NCBI RefSeq assembly: GCF_000143415.4
Contig: NW_003314375.1
Span: 310,001 to 374,000 of the forward strand
Direction of reading: 5' to 3'
DNA from: Selaginella moellendorffii
Lineage: Eukaryota > Plantae > Lycopodiophyta
DNA length: 64,000 nucleotides
The notes under the pieces: model-generated
Databases searched by the model: none
Seen by the model: the letters and a program-made list of their open reading frames with translations, nothing else
What the model was told of the DNA's origin: nothing
Shown: piece by piece, positions 47,909 through 59,245 of the stretch
Position numbering within the stretch: position 1 is the first letter of the stretch
Layout: every line of letters starts with the position of its first letter
Translations under genes and position numbers: made by a program

Positions 47909-48785
47909 ATGGAGCGCCCTGTGCTGCTGCTGCTGCTGCTGCTACTGGTGTTCGTGGCGGCGGGCGCTTGCGCTGCCGCTGGTGACGACGCCGTGGAAGG
48001 GCCGCACCTCTTGTACCTCAGCGACAGGAATTTCGAGCACGACACACAAGCAGCAACCGGGCAGACGACTGGATCGTGGTAAGAAAATGCACAGGGAAGC
48101 AACCCTTTGGCAGTGTGGCCGTGCTTGTGCAGGCTGGTGCTCTTCACTGATCCGGATTTCGAGGGGGGCAAAGATGCCGAGCTCGCTCTTCGCAAGCTTC
48201 TCGAAGAGACGAGGGACGGGCACCCCCTCTTTGCCAAGGTAAGTTGAACTTCGTTGGTTTCGTGAGACGAGTCGCGTCCTCTCCCAAAGGTGGATGTAGC
48301 CAAGAGTCCCAAGACACGCAAGCGCTTTTCCATCACGAACCCGCCACAGCTCAAGCTGTTCCACGACAGGCGCATGTTTGACTACTCGGGCGACTGGACC
48401 GCCGAAACCATCTCGGAGTTTGTCAAGGTTTGTGGTAGTTTTCGTTTCTCCTTGGAAACCGTTTGCGTTGCTGCTGCTTGCAGCAAGGATGGAAGGAAAC
48501 GAGAGCGGAGGAGGTGCCGCCGGAAGCTGCGCTCGGAGGCGATCTCATGGAAGCGTTCCAGCACAAATACTCCCAGGCGTTGCAGGTGTGCCCCTGTGGT
48601 TATGCTTGCATTTCTCTGACGGGCTTGTCATCCAGTTCTTGGGGAGCCATCCCATGGCGCTTGCCGTGGCTGGAACCATGGTTGCAGTGGCGGGCTACTC
48701 AATCACCAGCGGCATTCTGGGGGGCAATGGCAAAGCGAGGCGGAGGAGTGGCAAGAAGTCAGCTAGAGGCAGGAAGAAAGATTAA
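47909..48785 (+). CDS. Signal-peptide thioredoxin-fold membrane protein lacking CxxC
   Basis: LSDRNFEHDTQAATGQTTGSWLVLF, AKVDV..KRFSI..PQLKLF..YSG; C-terminal TM and basic tail ending RKKD. Confidence 0.75.
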
Positions 48786-48845
48786 GACGTAAAAATGCTA
48801 TAAATTTAATCCACTAAATTAGGAAATTAGGGCAGCTCCTCCCTT

Positions 48846-48854
48846 AAACCCTAA
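48846..48854 (+). promoter_or_regulatory. Telo-box AAACCCTAA before the HAT1 start
   Basis: Exact motif 8 nt upstream of ATG 48863. Confidence 0.55.
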
Positions 48855-48862
48855 TTCTTGCC

Positions 48863-50713
48863 ATGGGGGACGAGAGCAGCAGCAAGCGGCGGAAAGTGGC
48901 CTTCTCTAGCGCCGCAGGTGTGTTTTCCTCTCACTCGCCACGGTCGGGAGTCACTTTTCCCCTTGCAGATCGAAATGCGGAGTTTTGCCTGGCCAAAGAC
49001 GCCATCAAACTACACCTCGGTATAAATGTCGTTTCCTTTCTCGCTTCGTCTTCTCATTGCCGCTTGTCCTCCTCACAGTCAGCTCCATCGATGACTTCCA
49101 AGACAGCAATCTAGGCTTCTGCCCCACATTTCTGGAAGAGCACTTCGGCGAGAGCGGCAAAATCTACGGCTACAAAGGACTCAAGGTTTAGCCAGGATCA
49201 CCACAAATACGGCAATAATCTCTTTCTCTCAGGTCGATATCTGGTTGCACAGCTCCTCCTTCCATGCCTATGCGGATATCAAGTACGACTCGATCGTTCC
49301 TGTAAGTTGTAGAAGGTCTTCTTGTGGAGCTCAAAGAATCTAACCAAGTAGTGTCTCCAGGTTCCCAAGTCTCGCGAGAAATTGGAAGATGTCTTGAAGG
49401 TTTATTTTCGAGTTGTAAGGTTTCGTCTTTCACATTGTGGGGCCTGCAGGACGTTTTTGGCGATGGCTTAGTCGAGAACCGAGATATATTTTCCAAGCAA
49501 CTTTCCTCATTCAGCTCGCAGTTCAGGTTTGTGGAACACCTGGGTTTGCTGCTCTTATCATTCACTACACAGTGATCTCTTATCGAAATATGCGGAACAC
49601 ATAGCCTCGTGGCAAGCACCGGCCGATAGTTTCACTCGAAACCAGGTTGGTGCATCCTAAACCACTGCTTTTGCAATCATGGGAGCTTTCAGGTTTTCCG
49701 CCTCGAGCTAGCGAGCTCGGAGTCACGAGTCTGGCATCAAAGGCTGAATCCACTTGTCCTGTGGTTTGTGGAAGGTTTGTGAGGTCGTATTCTCAGGTAG
49801 AGAGGATTGATGAGACTGAGCGACAGGTGCAAGCTGCATCGAAGTGGATGACCCACGCTGGGAAGTTTATGTGGCTGTTGAAACGACAAGGGACGTACAC
49901 AAGGTGACCGGCTTCTGTAACGTTTACCGTTTCTTTCACTACCCAGACAGCTCGAGGCTCCGCATCAGTCAAGTAAGTTTGGAGCGTTCTCTGACGCATC
50001 TTTTCAACCCCGCTCTCCTTTTCCAGATATTGGTGCTCCCACCTTACCAGAACAAACAGCACGGCTACCATCTGGTGAATGCCGTCAACGACATCGCCAT
50101 GCGCAGGAACTCCTTCGACGTGACAATGGAGGATCCATCCGATAAGCTGCAGCTACTGCGTGATTGCATGGACGTGATGCGGCTGCTGGACTCCACGCCT
50201 GTGCTATCCCAGGTGAGACTTGCTGTCCAACGGATAAAGGAAGGCAAAACGGGGTCGGAGGAGCTCCTGCCCCCCTCCAACCTGGCTTGTGTGGTGCGGC
50301 GGGAGTTGAAGATCAGCAAAGTTCAGTTCAAGAGATGCTGGGAAGTGATGATCCTTGTGCATCTGGATCCCGGCGACGAGAAGGCATTTACGGAGCTCCT
50401 GTCGAAGCGGCTATCCGCAGAGCTCTTCGAGAGCAAGGAAAGCCAGCAGCCAAAGCTCAAGCACGTTGTTGACACTGAGAACAAGTACGACAGCAGCAAG
50501 ACGTTCGTGATGATGAAGTTCAGGCAAAGGGATGGGGGTGACGAAGCGCAGGATGGGGAAGTGGATGCGTCTCAGAGGGAGGAAGCGTTGAAGGAATTGG
50601 TCAAAGAAAAGAAGAGTCACATTTTGTCAGCGGTGAAGAAGGTGGCAAGCTTGTGCAACCTACGTGGAACTCCTGTACACTTCAACCCGCGGGTGTGGAT
50701 TGAGCAGAGCTAG
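48863..50713 (+). CDS. HAG2: Histone acetyltransferase type B catalytic subunit (HAT1)
   Basis: [63 protein letters not shown]. Confidence 0.92.
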
Positions 50714-50734
50714 AAATTGGAAGCCACCTTATCT

Positions 50735-51586
50735 TCATCGTCTTGCGATCCACTCGTAGCAGCCGGGGTAGAGGGCCTCGAGGCTGGTGTTGGCTTCGTT
50801 GTGATCCTCCGAGTAGGACGCCAGGTTGACATAGCCGGAGGAGCTAGCGTCGGCTGTGGCACCGCATTTGTGCTCCCACACCGCCCTGCAGTAGATGCAA
50901 GTGACCTTGGAATAGGACGAGGACTTGCTGCGGCTCCAGCGGTCAAAGCAGTCCTTGTGAACGTTGTTCCCGCATGACTTGCAAAAGACGAGCTCTTCGG
51001 CGGGGCTACCATCTGCGCTTGCCATGGCCTCGTAGCATATGGGGCAGTCCCCTTCAATGCTCCTCTGGATGCTCTTGGCCTCCGTGTGTCCATCCTCGTC
51101 CTTGTCCTTGCCGTGGATCTGTTTGAAGCGCTGGCGCACCCGCTGGCTGGCTAGCACCGCCTCCTCGCCGTTGGACGCGCACATCTGCAGCAGCTCCTTG
51201 ACCTCCGAGGAGAGGAGCGCCTTCTGCCACAAGCGGTGGTCGGTGCGCGGGAGCTTGACAACTCGTAGCAGCACAAACAGGATGTGCTTGCAAGTGTAGC
51301 AGCGGCCAAAGTCTGGGCAGTCGCAGCTTGGATTCTTGTCCAGGGTCACATTGTACACATTCCCGGTGGCACCCAGGATGACGAAACTGCCGCGGCTGCA
51401 ATCGGCCTCGATGTCCTTGTCGATGAGATACAAGCGGTGCTCTACCGCCCGCTCCATCCGCTCCTGTACCTGCTTTGAGGGCATGCTCACGAACCGCGCC
51501 GCCCGCTCCTCCGCCGCCGCCGCCGCCTCCTCCGCATCCTCGTCCTCGTCCTCGTCCTCCTTCTTCCTCTTCCTCGCTGACCTCAT
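50735..51586 (-). CDS. SWIM zinc finger + RING protein (ZSWIM2/MEKK1-N-like)
   Basis: LGATGNVYNV..CDCPD..CKHILFVLLRV; CPICYE..CGNNVHKDCFDRW..CIYCRAVW; GYVNL. Confidence 0.9.
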   Translation of the reverse strand: MRSARKRKKEDEDEDEDAEEAAAAAEERAARFVSMPSKQVQERMERAVEHRLYLIDKDIEADCSRGSFVILGATGNVYNVTLDKNPSCDCPDFGRCYTCKHILFVLLRVVKLPRTDHRLWQKALLSSEVKELLQMCASNGEEAVLASQRVRQRFKQIHGKDKDEDGHTEAKSIQRSIEGDCPICYEAMASADGSPAEELVFCKSCGNNVHKDCFDRWSRSKSSSYSKVTCIYCRAVWEHKCGATADASSSGYVNLASYSEDHNEANTSLEALYPGCYEWIARR

Positions 51587-51754
51587 CGCGCGCCCTAAAA
51601 TGTACGTTAGGGCATGGTCTTTTTCCCGCGGCGAAGGTGAGAAACTGTCGCAAGCCAAGCAAAGTCGGCCGGCTTCACGCGCCACCTCACTCTCTCTCTC
51701 TCTCTCTCACGCTCGCAACCCAATCCCCTGGAATGCATTCACATGTAGAGCGCC

Positions 51755-53518
51755 ATGGCTGCTGCTGCTGACCCGTTGCCGCCGCCCCCTGCCGCTGAAG
51801 AGGAGGAGGAGGAGGAGCAGCAGCAGGAAGAGGGCGCTCCTTACAGTCCAGCCCTGACCGTGGAGTCGGACATCGACTACGCCGCGGCCGATGTTCAAGA
51901 GATTGCGGCGCTGTCGCCGCCCCCGTCGCCTGAGCCACCCGATGACTCCACTACCATCGCGTTCAGCATGCCCACGCCGGCGGTGGTGGAGGACAGGTCC
52001 AGGAAGAAGAGCCTCGAGGAGAGTGGCGAAGAGTTGCTTGCCCCGCCCTGGAGCCGCAGCCGCTGCATCAACAGGGCAAGCTCCAGGCAACCCACAAGCC
52101 CAGGCCCGAGCGGGGTAACTTTCCTTCACATTGAATTGGCAATGGACACTGATGCATCCTCGCTTTGCAGCCTCGGCTTGAGAGTTATCCTTCTTTCCTC
52201 AACTCGAGGTGCGTACGCACACATGTCTTGTATCAACTGTGGCTTGAGCTACATTACCTTTGCAGGCGATCGGTCGACATGAGCACTTGCTCCTCCCCAA
52301 ACGTGTTTAGAACGCTCCAGAAAAGCCCGAGTAGGAGAGCGAATCTTGAGGAGACGTATCCGGCACTGGATCCCAAGGTTCCACTCTCAACATCCCCCTC
52401 GTATGTACAGTGGGGTGTCGGCGGTGGTGCACGGTACCTGAAGTTGTGGTGCTCAGTGTAGGTTGTTGACACCATCAAGGAGCTGGACGAGCTCAGGAGG
52501 ACATGCGAGAAGAAAGGCCACTATCTGGAAGCTAATGCTGCGGTCGCAAAGCTGCAAAAGCTTAAGGTTGTCCAGGGGTCCTCTTTTACCTTTACGATGA
52601 GCCAAGCCAACGCTTTGCTCGTTGCTCTAGATGGTCGAAGACGAGAAACGGCGGGCGACAATGCTTGACAGGCACCTGCGGGAACGGGAGATGGCCAAGA
52701 AGGCGTACGTAAGAGAGCTCGAAGAAAGGAACCGGGTACGTGGATAACTTACCGGAGGTTAACGTTGAAACCTTGCTCCCTTGCTCTCAGCTCTGGGACG
52801 ACAAGCTTAAAAACTTCCACCGTGAGGTGATGGAACATGCTGGCCAGCTGAAGCGCCAACACACGGCTGCATTGCAAGCTTTGAGGACCAAACTGAATGC
52901 CAAGACGCCCTCCAAGCCCCAGTGGTCCGGCGAGCTCCTACGGCTGCGCAAGGTCCAGGTATCGTGGATTTGCCTCGAGCCCAAGGCACGTACATCTGAA
53001 GTACCAATATATCCGATGCAGGAATGCCTGGGTAAGCAAGGCAAGTACATGGACGCGCAGGAGCTGAAGCGGCAGGCCGACCAGATGGAGCAGGCAGAGC
53101 TGCAGGCGACGCTGCAATCGTTTCAGAACGAAGTAGGCGCCAAAGAGAACGCGTTGCGGTCCAAGCAGCACGTTGAGCTCGAGGTTTTGCTCCAGCGAGC
53201 AGCGCAAGCTCGGGACGATCTCCAGCGAAACAGAGAGCAGGACCTGGAGCGATGCCACCAGGTGCGTGCGTGCTCCGGCGACGCTGATGATGATAGTGCT
53301 GATGATGATGGGTGCAGAGGCATAAGAACGTGGTGCGGGAGCTCAAGGTGATCCACTCGCAGGAGATTTTCCGGTTTGATCACTACTTGGGCAAGAAGGC
53401 TGGAGGCGACGAGAGGAGGCAAAGCGTGCGAAAGAGCGTGTCGGCCAGCAGCCACGGGCGACCGCAGCTGGGAGGCGAGGAGGATACGTCCACACACTAT
53501 TACGCCTCGGACATATGA
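51755..53518 (+). CDS. Coiled-coil protein of a type recalled from ciliated eukaryotes
   Basis: Multi-exon; LDELRRTCEKKGHYLEA; KPQWSGELLRLRKVQECLGKQGKYMDAQELKRQADQME; CHQRHKNVVREL. Confidence 0.65.
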
Positions 53519-53576
53519 TTTGTATGTAGACTCGATCGCTAGGGCTCGCTTTGCTGGGCTTTTGTGGCGGATCCAA

Positions 53577-54222
53577 ATGGCAACGACCGCCTGCTTCGTC
53601 ATCGTGGGTCGCAACAACAGTCCCATCTACGAGACGGAGCTGGGAAATGCCCCCAAGGTACACAAGGCGCAAATGGCTGGGAAATGGAAGCGTGCTTGCT
53701 TGGGTATTGACAGAGGGACGAGGCGATGCACCAGCATCAGTTCGTGCTGCACGCGGCGCTGGACGTGGTGGAGGATGTGGCATGGACCGTCAACTCCATG
53801 TAAGTCCCCACATCTTGGTTGCTGATTGTTCATGAGCACACACAATGAACGGGCCAGGTTCATGAAAGGAGTGGACAAATTCAACGAGCTCCTCGTCTCG
53901 GTCTACATGACTGCTGGCCATATCCTTTAGACAGCCTCGCCTTTGATGATATGCCCCTTGACTCTCCTCTCCCTCCCGCACGCACGCGGCTCATGCTGCT
54001 GCACGACTCCCGCAGCGAGGACAGCATCAAAAGCTTCTTCCAGGAAGTGCACGAGCTCTACATCAAGGTGCCGCTTCCAACGCCTCTGTCGCCAAGTTTC
54101 TTTCCTCTTGTTTTTGGTTTGCGCAGATCCTTCTCAACCCGCTCTACGTGCCTGGATCCCGGATCACGTCCGCTCAGTTCGACACCAGGGTGCGAGCACT
54201 TGCGCGCAAGTACCTGCTGTGA
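53577..54222 (+). CDS. TRAPPC2: TRAPP subunit 2 (sedlin/Trs20)
   Basis: CFVIVGRNNSPIYE, HQFVLHAALDVVED, RLMLLHDSRSEDSIKSFFQEVHELYIK, LLNPLY. Confidence 0.94.
53920..53981 (+). other. U12-type AT-AC intron
   Basis: 5' ATATCCTTT, branch-like CCCTTGAC (53955-53962), 3' AC; removal restores frame TAG-R-TRLMLLHD. Confidence 0.85.
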
Positions 54223-54273
54223 TCTCTCCATGTGTTGTGGACCGGGAATTTTAACTTGAGTGCTTCCTCCTGC

Positions 54274-54318
54274 CTCTCTCTCTCTCTCTCTCTCTCTCTC
54301 GCTTCCTTCCTAGGGTTT
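54274..54318. repeat. (CT)n microsatellite followed by a telo-box (tagggttt) upstream of APC6
   Basis: About 13 CT units, then tagggttt at 54311-54318. Confidence 0.75.
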
Positions 54319-54334
54319 AAGGTGAGCGAGCGCG

Positions 54335-56701
54335 ATGGAGAACAAGCTGCGGGCGATGGTGAGGGACTGCTTGGACAAGCATCTCCATGCGTCTGCCATC
54401 TTCCTGGCTGACAAGCTGGTGACGGTGGGAGGCACGGAAGAGGATGTGCATTTGCACGCACAGGCACTCTTCCAGGGCAGACAGTTTCGAAGGGCGCTGC
54501 ATCTGCTTCGCACTCACGGCCTCCTCCACCTCCACCCTCGCTACCGCTACCTCGCCGCAAAGTGTTTGGTCTCTTGTCTCACACTCGTTTGGCTCGCTGA
54601 CTCTGGCACTCTCACCCGGCAGGAAGAGATCAAGGAATGGGACGAGTGCCTCTCGGTACTGGGCGACTACGAGGTTGACCAGCATGGAAACTACCCCATG
54701 AAGGACGACATTGATCCAGAGTCGGGCCACCAAGCAGGCATCAATGTTGGCCCCTCGTGTTGGTATACTAGCAACTCATGTCCTCGCTCGTTTTTTTTTT
54801 TCCCAGATCGCTGCCGCGCTGTGTCTGCTGCGAGGGCGCGCATGCGAAGCTTTGGAAAACAGGACCAGAGCTCTCTGCTGGTAACTTTTGCAATCAGCTC
54901 GCTGCTTGACAGTACTAATCTTACGTTCAGGTACAAGGCGTCCCTTAGAGTAGACCCATACTGTTACGAGGTAAGGCAGAATCGTGTTTTGGAACCAGGT
55001 GCTGACCAGCATGCTCTAGGCGTACGAGCACATCGTAGACAACCACATGCTCTCCAGCGAGAAAGGTTGCTTGCCACCCGGTTAGGATGCTTCTCACTTC
55101 CTGACGCATTTCCTCGTTTCAGAAGTAGCCTTCCTGTCGTCTCTCAAGTTCGATGCAGACGATCGCTGGCTCTCACTGCTTTATTCTTGTCAAGCCAAGA
55201 AATATGGACAGATAAGTGCGCTCGAGTCCAAGCTTTCTGAACTGGAAAGGGAACCACAGAAACACAGCAACGTGGGCCTGTCGTTGAAGGATAACAACGA
55301 CGTCTTGGCATGCAGAGCAGACTACCTCTATCATCGAGGAGAGTTTCAATTGTGCTACGACATTACAAAGACGTAAGCTCCCGCATTGTCAGTCTAATGT
55401 CATTTGGCGCTTTCATCTAGGCTGCTCGAAAAGGATCCTTACCATCTCAAGTGTATGCCGTTACATCTAGGTGCCGCACTAGAGCTTGGGCGCAAGAACG
55501 AGCTGTTTTTAAGAGCACACAATCTCGTCCAAGAGTATTCTCAAAGGTACTTACCACCTGTCAAAGTTTGTATGCCTCACTCAAAACTTTGCTGCAGGCC
55601 CATTGCTTGGTTCGCCGTGGGATGCTACTACTATTGCATCCGGCAATTTGATCACGCCCGCCGCTACTTCTGGTAGGCATCTCCTGATTGTAGGCATCTC
55701 CCAAGTGTTTTCTGACTGGCCACACCAGCAAGGCAACGACGTTGGACGGGGCATTTTATCCTGCATGGCTGGGTTTTGGCAATGCGTATGCAGCCCAGGA
55801 CGAAAGTGACCAGGCTATGGCTGCATACAGAACCGCTGCGCGTCTTTTCTCCGGGTAAGGGGAGGTTGGAACTTGGCGCGCTCTGAATGTTTTATGCTGT
55901 TAATGCAGTTGCCACATGCCCGCTTTGTGCATCGGCATGGAGTATCTAAGAACAAACAACCTCAACCTTGCCGAGCAGGTTTGCATGATCATCGCCATCG
56001 TCCTTGTCAGCATTCTCGTTTGCGCAGTTCTTTATGCAGGCCAAAGGGATCTGTCCAACCGATCCTCTCGTGTACAACGAGCTCGGTGTCATGGCTTACC
56101 GCAACAGGGAGTAGGCATACCGTTTAATGCGGACTGGCCGGGGTTTTTAAAAGTCTTGTTTGCCGCAGGTACGAAGAAGCAGCTCGGTGGCTACGCAAGG
56201 CCTTGGTTCTTGTCCAAGAGACGAGGAATAGCCTGACCTTGTGTTGGGAGCCTACTGTTGTCAACCTGGCGCATACCTTGCGTAAACTCAAGTAAGCGTG
56301 TGCTTCTTGGTCTCGTCGTGACGAGCTCTAATGTGTGCCACCAGACTATATCCGGAGGCGATATCAATGTACGAGAAAGCCTTGGCTCTTTGCCCTCGTG
56401 GAGCTACGACATATGCAGCGCTGGGCTTCACCCATCACCTTCAGGTGCCTCTCTCTGTGCTCTTGACACCACGCCGCTTCTAACGCTTTGCCTCCTAACG
56501 TAGGGAAGCACTGGTATCGCCATCGACTTTTATCACAAGGTTTTTCTCGTGAGATGCTTGTTTGCCTGTTTTCTCACTTGTGCGCTGCAGGCGCTGGGCT
56601 TGAAACCCGATGATACTTTCACGGCAGAGATGCTCACTGCAGCCCTGACTGAAGAATGCCTACGGCCCAGCTTTGCCAAAGAGCTCACGGCCCTTCACTA
56701 A
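54335..56701 (+). CDS. APC6: Anaphase-promoting complex subunit 6 (CDC16)
   Basis: LRAMVRDCLDKHLHASAIFLADK; TPRs WFAVGCYYY, AWLGFGNAYAAQDESDQAMAAYRTAARLF, DPLVYNELGV. Confidence 0.95.
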
Positions 56702-56779
56702 ACAAACAGTGTAATCTCAAACATCTGTAACAGAAGGAACACATAGGGTTTTGTTGAGAAAAGATTCTACCCTACGGCG

Positions 56780-57468
56780 ATGGCGATGGCGGTGGCGATG
56801 ATTGGTGTTCCTTTGCGAGTCCCTTGTGCACCTTGTCCTTCTACCGCTGGCTCGTCTAGTAAAGCTGTGGCTGCTGTTCCGGCCCGCCGAAGGCCGCGTC
56901 TCGCCTCCATTAGAGCCTCCGCTGCTGTGGATACCTCCAAGGTCTCTGTGTCTGGAATAGCGGATTAGTCTCCACCTGACTCGGCCGGAAATGCAGGTAT
57001 CTCCCCAGGCTGACAGAGTGCTCGTTCGATTGGAAGAGCTTCCCGAGGTAAGCAGGAATTGCTTCCCCTCTCTAGAAATCTGACGGTCTTTTCTTCCTCT
57101 AGAAATCTGAAGGTGGAGTGCTTCTTCCTAAGAATGCAGTCAAGTTTGAGCGTTATCTCGTTGGGGAGGTAAGTGCACAGTGAGTGGTCTTTGATGCTCT
57201 TTGACGGTGGTGGTACATGTGCAGGTGATATCCGTAGGGAAGGATGCTGGATCTGTTGAGAGAGGCCAGAAGGTACTCAAGAATGATGTTTTGGTTCAAG
57301 GTTGACACTTTGTTTGGCAGGTGATGTTCTCTGATATAAATGCTTACGAGGTGGGAGCTTGGTTTGTGCCTGTGCCTCGACTAATGGTTGGAATTGCAGG
57401 TCAACTTTGGCACAAGCGAAAAGCATTGCTTTTGCAAAGTGGGGGACCTGCTTGCCACAATCAACTAG
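56780..57468 (+). CDS. CPN10: Plastid 10 kDa chaperonin
   Basis: Transit peptide; PQADRVLVRLEELPEKSEGGVLLPKNAVKFERYLVGEV; FSDINAYEV. Confidence 0.92.
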
Positions 57469-57536
57469 GCTAGGTGGGGGAGCCTTTTTTGTGTGTAGTC
57501 GACATATCCGATAACCTTGAGCATAAACAAGTGGGT

Positions 57537-58865
57537 TCAGTTTGAGGAGGTAGCGACTCTGTTGTTCTTGTTGCTGAGCAGGGTGGCGTAGAGAAGTTGG
57601 TTCCATGTGTCTGGCACGCCGGGGAGGCACCAGTGGCTACAGTCGAGAGGGGGCTGTCCTGGGCTCCAGCGGCCAACGTGAGCATCGCTTCTCGAGTGGG
57701 ACAATGTGGTGATGTTGAGGACTTCCACGCTCTTGTTCATGCCCTGGACAACTCGATGGAGGATCCGGTTCAATGCCAGCTGCGGGATGCTGCTGGGGGC
57801 GGCGAGGCTGCTGGCATTTGGTTGCCTCTGGAAGGAGCATCGCTTCCTCGGCCAGCTGATGAGTCAAAGGCGTGTGTGTAAGCAAGTAAACACAGGCCAA
57901 CTAACATACGTACTCCCAGTGCGAAGGCTCGAGGCTCCGGAAGAGAACGCGAGTCTTGTTGGTGTCGACGAGGCTGTCTACCCAGCGAGCCCATGTGTTG
58001 AGTGCTGCTTGATAAGCAGCCTCCAGCTTCATCCCGAGGCGCAGGGTGTTCCCCACGTAAAAGTAGCAGCCCCTGCGCAGCGACCAACGTGAATCCTCGA
58101 GCAACACGGGTGGGACAAGATACAAACACTTGGCGCGTCTTGGAAGGATTCCACCAATGACCAGAGTTGAAGACGAGCACGTCCGCGTCCGCCCAGCGTG
58201 TGCGCGACGCTTCCAGCTGGTCGAGGCGCAGGATGGAGCGCACTCTCCTGGGGGCGTGCTTGGGTGGCGGAGACTCTTGGACCAGGAACGGGGAGCGGTG
58301 GTACTCCACGGTCACCTTGTGCATGGCGAAGTGGAACGCCAGGTAGGGCTCACGCTTGGTGATCGTCCGGTTGTTCACCTCCCACACGGACGACTTGTCG
58401 GCGACGGCGGTGAGCAGCATGCAGACGAGAGATTCCCATTGCGTGCGGCCCATGGAGTCGCCTACGAACGCGATCCGGCGGCCTCGCAGCAGCTGGAGCA
58501 TACGCGCCGCATTGAAGCTGCGCAGAGCAGACAAGGATTGATGAAGAAAGAGGTGGGGAAATGATCCGACAAGACCTGGGAATGTGGCATTGTGACGGCT
58601 TCCATCTCCACTTGGTGTAGCTGCTGTCGGGCCGCCCGTTGTCCTGGCACCTGAAGCCTTGCTCCACAAGAGGGCAGTCCGAGGCGCGGTAGAGAGGGTA
58701 GGAGCGGTCATACACCCAGCTGCCCGCGGAGATGTCGCATTGCGGCGGGGGCGCCACATCCAATGGCTGCTGCTGCTGCTGCTGCTGCCACTCTTGGGTG
58801 TAGGAGAGCACAAGGGCACAGGCGAGGAGGGGGAGGAGGAGGAGGAGGGGGCCGGAGGATCCCAT
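57537..58865 (-). CDS. Trichome birefringence-like (TBL) polysaccharide O-acetyltransferase
   Basis: N-terminal TM, CDISAGSWV, NGRPD..WRWKP, FVGDSMGRTQWESL, DCSHWCLPGVPDTWN. Confidence 0.95.
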
Positions 58866-58940
58866 GCTTGTTACTGGATCCCATCCCAAGCCCAACCTGG
58901 TGGTTACCTCAACCCTGGGGGTTTGTGTTATAAACAGTCA

Positions 58941-59245
58941 NNNNNNNNNNNNNNNNNNNNNNNNNNNNNNNNNNNNNNNNNNNNNNNNNNNNNNNNNNNN
59001 NNNNNNNNNNNNNNNNNNNNNNNNNNNNNNNNNNNNNNNNNNNNNNNNNNNNNNNNNNNNNNNNNNNNNNNNNNNNNNNNNNNNNNNNNNNNNNNNNNNN
59101 NNNNNNNNNNNNNNNNNNNNNNNNNNNNNNNNNNNNNNNNNNNNNNNNNNNNNNNNNNNNNNNNNNNNNNNNNNNNNNNNNNNNNNNNNNNNNNNNNNNN
59201 NNNNNNNNNNNNNNNNNNNNNNNNNNNNNNNNNNNNNNNNNNNNN
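58941..59245. other. Assembly gap (305 N)
   Basis: Run of N; hides the TBL/SPL7 intergenic region and the SPL7 start. Confidence 1.
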
